Part shown: piece by piece, positions 28,795-38,720 of the stretch
Position numbering within the stretch: the first letter of the stretch is position 1
How the letters are laid out: the number at the start of each line of letters is the position of its first letter
NCBI GenBank assembly: GCA_037137755.1
Contig: JBAXJR010000005.1
Coordinates: 1-64,000, forward strand
Source: Methanomicrobiales archaeon
GTDB lineage: Archaea; Halobacteriota; Methanomicrobia; Methanomicrobiales; Methanospirillaceae
Length of the DNA stretch: 64,000 nt
Direction of reading: 5' to 3'
The notes under the pieces: generated by a model
Seen by the model: only the letters and a program-made list of their open reading frames with translations
What the model was told of the DNA's origin: nothing
Database searches by the model: none
Made by a program: the position numbers and the translations under genes

Positions 28795-29988
28795 ATGATC
28801 TCCGTTCTCCTCATTGAAGATGACAGTAACCTGCTCGCGATAACGAGGGATTACCTTGGAAAGAAGGGTACGATCTCGGTGCATACTGCGGTATCCGCGG
28901 TTGAGGCCATCCAACTGTTACGGACGAGAAATTACGATGCAATTGTCTCGGATTACCAGATGCCGGATATGGATGGGATAGAACTCCTCAAGTTCCTCCG
29001 CGCATCAGGAAATGAGATCCCGTTTATCATATTTACCGGTCGTTCACGTGAGCAGGTGGTCATCGAGGCGCTGAACAACGGGGCTGATTTTTACCTCCAG
29101 AAGGGCGATGAGCCGAAAGTCCAGTTTATTGAACTCGAGAATATGATTATCCAGGCGACGGCACGGAAGAGGGCTGAAGACTCTCTCCGGGAGTCGATCC
29201 GGAGACTCTCCGACATTATCAGTTTCTTACCCGATGCGACGCTGGCCATTGACCGGGGCGGTAGCCTGATCGCCTGGAACAGGGCGATGGAGGAACTGAC
29301 CGGGGTACCGGCACACCAGATGCTCGGGCGGAATGAACCCGATTATTCCCTGGCCTTTTACGGGAAGCGACGTCCCCTGTTGATCGACCTGATCTTTACC
29401 ACAAATGAAGAGGTGATGAACTATGGTTATACCGGGGTCAAACGAAAGGGTAAGGCGTTGATCGCGGAATGCACGGCCTCCCTGCCTTCTGGGAATAAAA
29501 CCCTGTGGGGGATTGCTACCCCGTTGTATGATGAAAAGGGTGAGGTGGCCGGGGCAATTGAATCAATACGGGATATCAGCGGGGTCCGGAAAGCAGAGGA
29601 AGCCTGCCTGCAGAGCGAAGTTAAATTCAGGGGGATCTTCGAACACTCGCCAGTGGCAATAGCGATATTCGATGAAAAGGGCTGGCTCCTGGAAGTGAAC
29701 AATCCATGCAGGGAGCTCGGGTTTCCGGGTACAGGGGCTGGCCGGTATAACCTGTTCACCTGCGCTATTCTCCCTCCCGGGAGACGTGAGGCATTAACCC
29801 GGGGTGAAGCGGTGAAATTTGAGCTCACTGCCCGGAGTGATACGTTTTTCCCGGTAACGCCATCCTGCCACCTGGACGTGCTTATCACCCCCCTATTTTC
29901 CCCCTACAACGAGTCTTCATCGGGATATATCATGCAGATCCGTGAGATACCGGAACATTCACAAAATGACCTCGTATTAGCCACGTAA
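28795..29988 (+). CDS. REC-PAS-PAS response regulator
   Basis: Receiver VSDYQMP..FYLQKG; PAS FLPDAT..AWNRA..GAIESIRDI paralogous to the N-terminus of the gene at 154-4437; no kinase domain. Confidence 0.9.
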   Translation: MISVLLIEDDSNLLAITRDYLGKKGTISVHTAVSAVEAIQLLRTRNYDAIVSDYQMPDMDGIELLKFLRASGNEIPFIIFTGRSREQVVIEALNNGADFYLQKGDEPKVQFIELENMIIQATARKRAEDSLRESIRRLSDIISFLPDATLAIDRGGSLIAWNRAMEELTGVPAHQMLGRNEPDYSLAFYGKRRPLLIDLIFTTNEEVMNYGYTGVKRKGKALIAECTASLPSGNKTLWGIATPLYDEKGEVAGAIESIRDISGVRKAEEACLQSEVKFRGIFEHSPVAIAIFDEKGWLLEVNNPCRELGFPGTGAGRYNLFTCAILPPGRREALTRGEAVKFELTARSDTFFPVTPSCHLDVLITPLFSPYNESSSGYIMQIREIPEHSQNDLVLAT

Positions 29989-30228
29989 GGTGGCCGTTCA
30001 TGATTTTTAAGGCTGAATCAACGATTATTACGGAGATTCCTGGACCCGCCTGATTGCAGACTGCGACTATCCCCCCTCGAGTTGGATCGATACCCGGTAT
30101 TCAGAATGCCCTGGTGTCTGGTATGAAATTCCGGTAATCCGGGATTGGCGGTTCTCTGGTAAAAATCGATACGTATATCACCTCATCGCCATAGGATAAT
30201 TATATCAGTACTAGCAACCGGGGGGTCT

Positions 30229-30540
30229 ATGACTATACTGAACCTTTCATCTGCACTCCATGAGAAACAACTAAAGCTGGCGACCGGGTATTGTTGCGAA
30301 TCGTGTGGGAGTATTGTTCCGCATACCATGCTTGAACTCCATCCTATACCGTCATCAGATATATGTAATGAAGCAGAGCCCTGTACCGTTGCATCGGATG
30401 TGCTGGTGCTTTGTACGCTCTGCCACACCCGTCTTCATGATGCGGTCATTCCCCATGAACTGCAGCGCTCTGTGATAAGGATACGCCCGCCGGACGTGAT
30501 GGATACTATTAATGGGATCCTTTCCGGGCCCTTCGCATAA
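30229..30540 (+). CDS. Small Zn-binding HNH-like protein
   Basis: CESC..LELHPI..LVLCTLCH...H pattern. Confidence 0.65.
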   Translation: MTILNLSSALHEKQLKLATGYCCESCGSIVPHTMLELHPIPSSDICNEAEPCTVASDVLVLCTLCHTRLHDAVIPHELQRSVIRIRPPDVMDTINGILSGPFA

Positions 30541-30746
30541 CATACCGGGTAACAACGGCCAGGTCCGGATATCTGAATACCTTTTTTCGTGAGTCCGATT
30601 ATCTTACCCCCTGTTTAATGGGTCATGAAGGGAAATTTATTCAAGGCTTAACCTTACGGACCAGGTTTCTCTTACCTCCTGTCGTACCTGGTAATAGAAA
30701 CCCTGATATCTGAAGTACCATCGAAACGATCCCCGGCTGAACAACC

Positions 30747-31850
30747 ATGGACCTTCCGAAACCAGTAACCGGACCCAGAGAGAGGATTATCCTCCATGTT
30801 GACATGGACGCATTTTTTGCTGCGGTCGAGATGCGGGAACACCCTGAGATTAGGGGACGCCCTGTTATCGTCGGGGCGGACCCAAAAGAAGGAAAAGGCC
30901 GTGGTGTGGTCAGCACCGCCTCCTACGAGGCACGGGTATTCGGGGTGCATTCTGCGATGCCTATCTCAAAGGCCTTTGAGCGTTGTCCCGGTGGTGTGTT
31001 TGTCCGTCCCCATTTTGACCTGTATACCCGGGCCTCGGAGGATGTGATGGAGATTGCAAAGCTTACATCCGAACGGTTTGAGCAGGTTAGTATCGACGAA
31101 GCATATCTCGATATCTCCCATGCCGGGGATTATGTCACGGCCCGTGCAACAGCTGCAGCCCTGAAAGCGGCCATCAGGAATACAACGGGGCTTACCTGTT
31201 CGATAGGGGTCGGCCCCACTAAGGTCGTGGCCAAGATTGCGTCAGACTACCGGAAACCTGACGGGCTCACCGTGGTGGATCCGGGAAGTGTGAGCGGGTT
31301 CTTATCTCCACTCCCGGTCGAAAAGATCCCCGGGATCGGAAGGAAGAGCCGTGAGATGCTGCACAACCGGGGTATCCGCACGATCGGGGACCTTGCCCGT
31401 ATCGATGTACAGGAGTTAATCGCACTCTTCGGGAAGTGGGGTGCCGTGATCCGTGACCTTGCAATGGGAACTGATGACCGTGAGGTGAGGCAGGAAGAGG
31501 GATATAAATCGATTTCCCGCGAGATTACCTTCGAAGACGATACCGATGACGAACAGGTACTAGTACGGATGCTCGATGAAATGGCAGGGGAACTCCATGA
31601 AGTTCTTGAGAACGAGCACCTCAGGTTCCGGACTATTACGGTGAAGTTACGTGATGAGCATTTCCATACCCGTACCCGGTCGAAGACAAATGAACGGTAC
31701 AGCGATGATCTCCGCCTGATACAATTGACTTCGTATGGACTTCTTCGGGGGTTTACGGAAGGCAGTAAAATCCGGCTGATTGGACTCAGGTTGTCCGGAT
31801 TTGAGCCGAAAGGGACCCGCCAGACGACAATCGCTGAGTTCACCGGTTAA
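30747..31850 (+). CDS. dinB: DNA polymerase IV (Y family)
   Basis: HVDMDAFFAAVE, STASYEAR.FGV.SAM, SIDEAYLD, AKIASD..KPDG, IPGIG. Confidence 0.96.
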   Translation: MDLPKPVTGPRERIILHVDMDAFFAAVEMREHPEIRGRPVIVGADPKEGKGRGVVSTASYEARVFGVHSAMPISKAFERCPGGVFVRPHFDLYTRASEDVMEIAKLTSERFEQVSIDEAYLDISHAGDYVTARATAAALKAAIRNTTGLTCSIGVGPTKVVAKIASDYRKPDGLTVVDPGSVSGFLSPLPVEKIPGIGRKSREMLHNRGIRTIGDLARIDVQELIALFGKWGAVIRDLAMGTDDREVRQEEGYKSISREITFEDDTDDEQVLVRMLDEMAGELHEVLENEHLRFRTITVKLRDEHFHTRTRSKTNERYSDDLRLIQLTSYGLLRGFTEGSKIRLIGLRLSGFEPKGTRQTTIAEFTG

Positions 31851-31986
31851 TTTGGGTCTTTTTACACCATCAAGAGGATGTAATTCTCTGAAAGAATACC
31901 AGTGGGTGAACAACCCATCCCGTTAATCGCACTTGCTATTCATCATGTTTCGCTCTTGTTTCCTTTGTTGAAACCCTGCATATTAA

Positions 31987-32119
31987 ACGTTGACAGGATG
32001 GGTTTCACCCCCTCCTTACCCCACCCCGACAAGATATTTCCCCGGCCGGACTTCATGGAATGCTCTTAATTTTGGAGAACCGGGGATACCAACAGGGCGA
32101 TTGAGCCCGGGTGCGTGAT
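31987..32119 (+). repeat. Dispersed non-coding repeat, copy B
   Basis: Shorter homologue of 24044-24211, located between convergent genes. Confidence 0.65.
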
Positions 32120-32247
32120 GAAATTATGTTTAACCCGGGATCTCCATGATAGATTAAAATAAAGTCAACGAGGTCCTTTTGCTTCTTACACACCACAGAG
32201 TTGAAAAGAAAAAGGACTGTTCTATTATTGCGTTTACCTGTCCGGGA

Positions 32248-33990
32248 TCATACTGCCGGCAGTTCAATTACGATGGAAATTCCACTCCCTTCTTTTTCGC
32301 AGGAGAAAAAACCCCCGGAGAGCTCGCACTCTTTAATCCGAAAACCAAGCCCTTCACCCGGAAAATTAATCTCCTCTCCGGAGAATTCTGCATCGATAGT
32401 CACGAAGCCGCAATTGGTCTCTTTTTTATCGGTGACCGTGATCTTCTTCCCACCAATACCGGCCAGTTCCTCGAGGATGCCAATGATTAAGTCTGTTAAT
32501 CTTTCCCTGTCAGCAACCACGCCAAATGGATATTCTGACGGGTCAAACGAGACCGGGTCCTCTTCAAAAACCGGCACATAGACAAGCCTTTTCACCAGTG
32601 CCTGCCGGTAAAGGGTTTCATCATCGGCAAGTGATATGAGGTCCTCATCGCTGCACGGGGGTGAAACGAGGGTCCCGATGCAATGGCCAACGAGAGTGTC
32701 CAGGTCAAATTCTTCCCTCTCGATCATTGGCCGGAACCCCCTGAAAAGGGTCATGTAATCTGAAAGAAGCCGTTCTGCACGTTTCACAAGGTGGGGGTCG
32801 ATGACCAGGTCAAGCTGGCCGGTCCGGTATACCGCCTCGAGTTTCGCCGTGATCTGCCCGGCTTTCAGGGCCAGGTGGACGTCACGCTGTTTTCCTGCAC
32901 GGTAGTCCTCGTTGAACCGGTGGAAATCGGCGAGGATCGAATCGATGGCATCCAGGCAGAGAAGGCCGGAAAGGTTCTCTGCTACCCCGGTCTCCTCTAG
33001 TTCCTCGAGGATATGGGCTGCACGGTAACACCTCCCTGCAATGATTGTGAAGGTCTCGGCTACACGGTTCATCAGGTCGTTTGCATACCTTGCAGTCTGC
33101 TTGGCCCATTCCGGATTGATCTCCTGGATCTCCGTGAGGAAATAGGTCTCCTTCTCCATTGTTGCAAAGATCGCTTCAGCAGTCGTGGAAGAGATCAGGC
33201 GTCCGTGTCCGGGACAGCAGATCCTGATGTCTTCGTGCTCCAGGATCCAGTGGACCTTGTGAAGCGATGCAAGGAGCTCCTGCTGGCTCCACCCCCGGAG
33301 GCCGGCAATCCCGGGACTTGCTGCAAATAACAGGTCGCCGATGAAAAGCAGGCCTCCGACCCGGATACAGATGCTGTCCTTACTGTGGCCCGGGAGATGG
33401 TACACCTCAATCCGGTCCTGAGGTCCGGAAACCACGACCTGGCGTTTCAGGACGAGGTTGTCCTGTATCTTCACGTCGCTTTCCTGGACCCGGACACAGG
33501 GTGCAATACGTGGGCAGATCTCAAAAAAATCAGTCTCCTGTTCGAGGTTCGGTGCGAACAGCTGCATTGGCACGTGCAGTGGTGTAAGCCTGATCTGGAA
33601 CAGGTCTGCCTGGGTGGTGGCGGTATCAGCTGTCCCGAGGTTTGTTGCCCCCGAGGCATGGGCGGCTATGATGGCCCCCTCCTGTCTCTTGAAGAACGGG
33701 TGAGACTGGATCACCACAAAATGGTCGACATGAGTATGGGTCAGGTACACAAATACCGGCCTTGGGTTCAGATTATGGATCCTCTCAATTTCAATTGCAA
33801 GCAGGTCCATCTGCCCTGATAAACCACCAGGATCGATAAGGATGATCTGGGCCGGGGTCGAAATAATATAAGAATTGGATGAGTTTGTATCTACTTTCCT
33901 GATGTAGGGAAAGATTTCTGCATGTTCATCACCGGGGACCGGCTGCCAGCGCTGGTTTTCGAGCAGGTCACTTCCATGCGTCAAGCGCAT
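32248..33990 (-). CDS. Metallo-beta-lactamase-fold protein fused to a degenerate histidine-kinase-like C-terminus
   Basis: IDPG, THTHVDH, PGHS.DS, GDLLF, PGHG; helical middle region; C-terminal VVADRERL..LI..ILE..ITVT HATPase-like remnant; start taken at ATG 33990 after GGAAGGGG. Confidence 0.8.
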   Translation of the reverse strand: MRLTHGSDLLENQRWQPVPGDEHAEIFPYIRKVDTNSSNSYIISTPAQIILIDPGGLSGQMDLLAIEIERIHNLNPRPVFVYLTHTHVDHFVVIQSHPFFKRQEGAIIAAHASGATNLGTADTATTQADLFQIRLTPLHVPMQLFAPNLEQETDFFEICPRIAPCVRVQESDVKIQDNLVLKRQVVVSGPQDRIEVYHLPGHSKDSICIRVGGLLFIGDLLFAASPGIAGLRGWSQQELLASLHKVHWILEHEDIRICCPGHGRLISSTTAEAIFATMEKETYFLTEIQEINPEWAKQTARYANDLMNRVAETFTIIAGRCYRAAHILEELEETGVAENLSGLLCLDAIDSILADFHRFNEDYRAGKQRDVHLALKAGQITAKLEAVYRTGQLDLVIDPHLVKRAERLLSDYMTLFRGFRPMIEREEFDLDTLVGHCIGTLVSPPCSDEDLISLADDETLYRQALVKRLVYVPVFEEDPVSFDPSEYPFGVVADRERLTDLIIGILEELAGIGGKKITVTDKKETNCGFVTIDAEFSGEEINFPGEGLGFRIKECELSGGFFSCEKEGSGISIVIELPAV

Positions 33991-34303
33991 CCCCTTCCGA
34001 GGAGAATATCGTGAAAATGGTGGTGAACCCTGCAAGTTTCAGGATTTTATTCACCTCCTGTGCAAGACTGCAGAGCCCGAACTTATCTCCCGGGTTCCGG
34101 AGCTTCTTTGCCGTGGACAGGAGCACCCGCAATCCACCGCTGCTGATATAGGTCACTTCTGAGAAATTCAGAAGAATTTTGCGTTTTCCTTCCCCCATCA
34201 GGGTATTCAGTTCTTTTTCCAGCTGCGGTGCTGCTGTGGTATCGATCCGCCCGAAGAGTGCAATGATGGCCACTCCCTCCTTGTGGCTTGTGGTGGTGTC
34301 CAT
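33968..34303 (-). CDS. STAS domain protein (RsbV/SpoIIAA-type antagonist)
   Basis: GRIDTTAA..LE, LLNFSEVTYISSGGLRVL containing the phosphorylatable Ser, KILKLAGF. Confidence 0.92.
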   Translation of the reverse strand: MDTTTSHKEGVAIIALFGRIDTTAAPQLEKELNTLMGEGKRKILLNFSEVTYISSGGLRVLLSTAKKLRNPGDKFGLCSLAQEVNKILKLAGFTTIFTIFSSEGDALDAWK

Positions 34304-34572
34304 TGGTCCCATCTCCTTGTAGTGACTATACCTTTGATCCGGTTCCTTATAAGTTAACCATAAGGTAACCCTGGCCTGATCTCCCCGGGGTTTAATCCAT
34401 GGCAAAATACCTGCCTTTTCACCCTGATAATGGCTGATAATCCCTGATTGTAGTTTGGTCCTTATAACCCTGGAGGTTGCCCTCTTCCTTAGGGCGGTCT
34501 TATGGCCGGAAAGTAATCGGACGTGTACTATTAGTGCGAATAATGCCTATTTTTTTATGGTAGTCCTCCTCT

Positions 34573-35964
34573 ATGGCGTTCTTCATGTTCAATGACCTGC
34601 TTGTCCTGGTCCAGATGATCTGTGTCATCGTCGTTGCAGCCTACCTCCTGACCCGGTGCCGCATCTTTACTGATGTTTTTGATGGCCATCCTACCATAAA
34701 AGCCCAGGTACTGCTTACGCTGATATTTGGTGCACTTTCTATCTACGGGACTATGTCGGGTATCACGGTACTGAATGCCCCGATCAATGTCCGTGACCTC
34801 GGGCCAATGGTCGCGGGCCTCACCTGTGGTCCCTTCGTCGGGCTTGGTGCCGGTCTTATCGGCGCAGCCTACCGGATGACGCTGGAAGGGTTTACGGTCT
34901 ATGCCTGTTCGCTTGCAACCGTGCTCGCGGGGCTGTTCGGTGGCCTGATCTGGCTTTTTAATAATAAAAAGTTTCCCGGGACCCGTATTGCAGTTGAATT
35001 TGCGGTCATGATGGAGGGGCTTCATATGCTCCTCGTCCTTGCTATCGCCACCCCGGTTGCCATGGCCCTTGCCCTGGTATCGGTTGTGGCCATCCCGATG
35101 ATTGTCGCCAATGCGTTAGGGATGTTCATCTTCTCATTCATCATCACAAATCTGCAGGATGAGCGAAGGACCAGGGCTGAACGTGACAATTACCTCCGGG
35201 ATATAGAGCGGAAAAATACAGAACTACAGATTGCTGCTGATATCCAGAAGAGTTTCCTGCCATCTAAAATCGGCCCGCTCGTTGGTTTTGACATTGCAGC
35301 CGTGAGCATCCCGGCAAAAGAGGTGGGCGGGGATTTCTTTGACGTGATACCGTTTGCCGTGGTCCCTTTTAAAGATCACAGGGCCGGCATTATGATTGCG
35401 GATGTCTCGGGAAAAGGGATCCCCGCTGCCCTGTTCATGGCGTTATCGCTGGTGATTATGCGGGTCAATTCACTCTGGCACCCCCATCCTGCAGATCTGC
35501 TCAGGGATTCGAATGCCATCATCTCGAGGGACACAAAAGAGACCGGGATGTTTGTCACACTCTTCTATGCAGTGATCGATTGTGAACTACGCCAGGTTAC
35601 CTTTGCGAATGCGGGCCATAACCCGCCGATGCTCTGCCGGGCCGGGAGCAGTGCGATCGAGGAGCTCGGGACAACGGGGATCGCGCTTGGTATTTTAGAT
35701 GCGGCAACCTACACGGAAGAGGTATGTGTTCTTTCCCCTGGTGACGTGTTACTCCTGTATACGGACGGTATTACTGAGGCCGATAATGAAGCGGAGGAGA
35801 TGTTTGGGGAAGAACGACTGCGGGAGGGGTTATTACGGTACCATGACCTTCCGGCCGGCGAAATAATGGACTCGGTCCTGCGGGACGTGCGGGCCTTTGC
35901 TGCGGGATCTCCCCAGTCGGACGATATAACGCTGATGGTAGTGAAGGCAGCAAAAGACAAATAA
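34573..35964 (+). CDS. 5TM-5TMR_LYT sensor fused to SpoIIE/RsbU-type PP2C phosphatase
   Basis: LytS-like NVRD.GPMVAGL..GP..G.GAGLIG; VGGDFFD, ADVSGKG, NAGH.PP, YTDGITE, DDIT. Confidence 0.93.
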   Translation: MAFFMFNDLLVLVQMICVIVVAAYLLTRCRIFTDVFDGHPTIKAQVLLTLIFGALSIYGTMSGITVLNAPINVRDLGPMVAGLTCGPFVGLGAGLIGAAYRMTLEGFTVYACSLATVLAGLFGGLIWLFNNKKFPGTRIAVEFAVMMEGLHMLLVLAIATPVAMALALVSVVAIPMIVANALGMFIFSFIITNLQDERRTRAERDNYLRDIERKNTELQIAADIQKSFLPSKIGPLVGFDIAAVSIPAKEVGGDFFDVIPFAVVPFKDHRAGIMIADVSGKGIPAALFMALSLVIMRVNSLWHPHPADLLRDSNAIISRDTKETGMFVTLFYAVIDCELRQVTFANAGHNPPMLCRAGSSAIEELGTTGIALGILDAATYTEEVCVLSPGDVLLLYTDGITEADNEAEEMFGEERLREGLLRYHDLPAGEIMDSVLRDVRAFAAGSPQSDDITLMVVKAAKDK

Positions 35965-35999
35965 GAACGGTGATAAGGGTCTGAAAGCATGGTTGTGTT

Positions 36000-36431
36000 A
36001 TGAAAGGCCGGACTGACCAGACGACCCCGGCAGATATGTCCGGGCTGAAGGAGATCCTTGACGGGATTGCGATACTGCTCGAGGAGCAGGGGTTTCCGAA
36101 TGACCTGATCAGCGATGTGCAACTGGCGACAGATGAGGCAGTAACGAACGCCATCCTTCACGGATATGACGGGAAAGAGGGCGAGGTCCGTGTTATTGCA
36201 GAGGCTGACGACCGGGAGGTGGTTATCATCGTTGAGGACAGGGCCCCGGAATTTGACCCGGTGACTTTTGTATCGCGGGACGTGTCGTTGGACGGGGATG
36301 ACCGGCCGATTGGTGGCCTCGGCCTGATACTTATCCGGAACGTCATGGACGAGGTCATGTACCGTCGCGAAGACGGGAAAAATATCTTCACGATGGTAAA
36401 GCGACAGGGTAGTGATACCCACGGGGAATAA
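36000..36431 (+). CDS. RsbW/SpoIIAB-type Ser kinase (HATPase_c_2)
   Basis: LATDEAVTNAILHGY, EDRAPEFDP, GGLGLILIR..MDEV. Confidence 0.92.
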   Translation: MKGRTDQTTPADMSGLKEILDGIAILLEEQGFPNDLISDVQLATDEAVTNAILHGYDGKEGEVRVIAEADDREVVIIVEDRAPEFDPVTFVSRDVSLDGDDRPIGGLGLILIRNVMDEVMYRREDGKNIFTMVKRQGSDTHGE

Positions 36432-36584
36432 GGGGACATTCCGGTTTTATTTTTTCATCTATTTTCAGTCCTGTATCTCTCCCCGGGGACACCTATTATC
36501 CGACAGAAAAACCCTGCCCGGACAGGTATATATACCATGTGTGGTGATTACAGACTTGTTCAGATAACAAGAGAGTGATGCACT

Positions 36585-38543
36585 ATGGCAGAAGAACCTA
36601 AACCAACGCTGATCCGGGAACGGCTCGATGTCTGCGAGCTCGACAGGGCACGAATGTCCCTGTTGAACCCGGTGTTAATCGAGCAGAAGAAGAATGAGCG
36701 TACGACCGATGAGAACGCCAAGCCGTTACTTGAACTGATGATGCGGGAAGGCATGGAGACCGTCTGGGACCGGTTCGAGATGCAGCAGCCACCCTGCAAA
36801 TACTGTGAGGCCGGCACATCCTGTTCGCGGTGTACCATGGGACCCTGCCGGATTATCCCGCCCCACCGTATCCGGGGGGTTTGCGGTGCTGATGCTGACC
36901 TGATCGTTTCCCGGAACCTGCTGGACATGATCGCGACCGGTGCGGCAGCTCACTCTGACCACGGCCGTGATATTGCCGAGACATTGTACCTCCTCGGCAC
37001 CGGAAAGGCACCGGATTATACAATCACCGATAAGGAAAAACTCCTCCGGATCTGCACGGAATACAATATTAAAACGGATGGGAAGAAACCTGAACAGCTT
37101 GCTGCTGAACTGGGCGGGGCCATGCTTGACGAGTATGGGATGAGGAAGAACACGCTCCAGTTCCTCAACCGGGCACCGAAAGCGACCCGGGAGATATGGA
37201 GCAAACTGGGTATTACCCCGCGGGGCATTGACCGCGAAGTGGTGGACTCGATGCACCGCGTGCAGATGGGTGTAGGCGCTGATTATGTGAATATCCTGCT
37301 CCAGGGACTCCGCACCTCGCTCTCGGATGGCTGGGGCGGATCGATGATCGGCACTGAGGTCTCTGATATCCTGTTTGGTACTCCCACGATCAACAGCTCG
37401 AAGATGAACCTGGCAGTGCTGAAAGAGGACCACGTGAACATCTCGGTGCACGGCCACAACCCGGTGCTCTCAGAAGTGATTGTTAAAGCAGTTGAGGACC
37501 CTGAACTGAAAGCACTTGCGCTGAAGAACGGTGCGAAGGGGATCAACCTTGTGGGGATGTGCTGTACCGGTAACGAGCTGCTCATGAGAAAGGGTATCCC
37601 GATGACGGGGAACCATCTCAACCAGGAACTGATCATCGCAACCGGTGCCCTTGAAGCGATGGTCGTTGACTACCAGTGCATCTTCCCTTCGCTCCCCCGG
37701 ACTGCCAGCTGCTACCATACCCAGATAATCTCCACGAGTTCGAAAGCCACGATACCAGGCTCGTATTTCTTTGATTTCCATGCGGAGGATGCATATCTTA
37801 CTGCAAAGGCGATCGTACGGATGGCGGTGGAGAACTACAAGAACAGGAACCATCAGCGTGTCCTGATCCCGGGAGAGCCTGTGCCGGTCATGGCGGGATT
37901 CTCCAACGAAGCGATAAAGAATGCACTCGGCGGCTCGTTCAAACCACTTATCGACCTGATTGCTGCCGGGAAGATCAGGGGTGCTGTCGGGATTGTCGGG
38001 TGTAACAACCCGCATGTGAAGCATGACTTCGGGCATGTGACACTGGCAAAGGAACTGATCAAGAGAAATATCCTCTGTGTCGAGACGGGTTGTGCCGCGA
38101 TTGCATCAGGGAAAGCCGGGCTCCTCCGGCCGGAAGCCGCATCGCTGGCAGGTGACGATCTTCGGGCAGTCTGTGAGTCCTTAAAGATCCCACCTGTGCT
38201 CCACATGGGCTCCTGTGTTGATAACTCCCGCATCCTCGTGCTTGCAGCGGAACTTGGCAATGCGCTCAATGTGCCGATCCACAAGCTGCCCATTGCCGGT
38301 GCAGCTCCCGAATGGTACTCGCAGAAGGCGGTCTCAATCGGGGCCTACTTCGTTGCATCCGGTGTTTACACGGTGCTCGGCGTTATGCCGCATATCACCG
38401 GAAGCCCAGCTACTGTTTCGCTCCTTACCGAGGGCCTGAAAGGTGTTGTGAATGCCAGTTTCTCGGTTGAACCCGACCCGGTAAAGGCATCAGTACTGAT
38501 ATCAGACCACATTGAAAGGAAACGGACAGAGCTTGGGATCTGA
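36585..38543 (+). CDS. cooS: Monofunctional [NiFe] carbon monoxide dehydrogenase catalytic subunit
   Basis: CKYC..G.SC..C.MGPC, GVCGA, AAHSDH, HGHNP, CCTGNE, DYQC, VGCNN, TGC, MGSCVDN, SQKA. Confidence 0.96.
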   Translation: MAEEPKPTLIRERLDVCELDRARMSLLNPVLIEQKKNERTTDENAKPLLELMMREGMETVWDRFEMQQPPCKYCEAGTSCSRCTMGPCRIIPPHRIRGVCGADADLIVSRNLLDMIATGAAAHSDHGRDIAETLYLLGTGKAPDYTITDKEKLLRICTEYNIKTDGKKPEQLAAELGGAMLDEYGMRKNTLQFLNRAPKATREIWSKLGITPRGIDREVVDSMHRVQMGVGADYVNILLQGLRTSLSDGWGGSMIGTEVSDILFGTPTINSSKMNLAVLKEDHVNISVHGHNPVLSEVIVKAVEDPELKALALKNGAKGINLVGMCCTGNELLMRKGIPMTGNHLNQELIIATGALEAMVVDYQCIFPSLPRTASCYHTQIISTSSKATIPGSYFFDFHAEDAYLTAKAIVRMAVENYKNRNHQRVLIPGEPVPVMAGFSNEAIKNALGGSFKPLIDLIAAGKIRGAVGIVGCNNPHVKHDFGHVTLAKELIKRNILCVETGCAAIASGKAGLLRPEAASLAGDDLRAVCESLKIPPVLHMGSCVDNSRILVLAAELGNALNVPIHKLPIAGAAPEWYSQKAVSIGAYFVASGVYTVLGVMPHITGSPATVSLLTEGLKGVVNASFSVEPDPVKASVLISDHIERKRTELGI

Positions 38544-38720
38544 GCCATATACAACCGTTTGATTACATAATATTTTTTACGGCACCATTCAAACGAGTGT
38601 TCGTTGGCAATACGGCACCATAAATTTTTTCTTAACGGATGGTATATAATTTCCAGGAATTTTTGATTCCTATGGAAGTTTAATCCCGGGTATGAGTCTA
38701 GTTAGTAGAGGAGACCTCAA

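Noticed and set aside
34460-34515. Possible third copy of the dispersed repeat in the rsb-like divergent gap
   Set aside because: Only a short GCCCT..AGGGC hairpin; it does not align convincingly with the two copies
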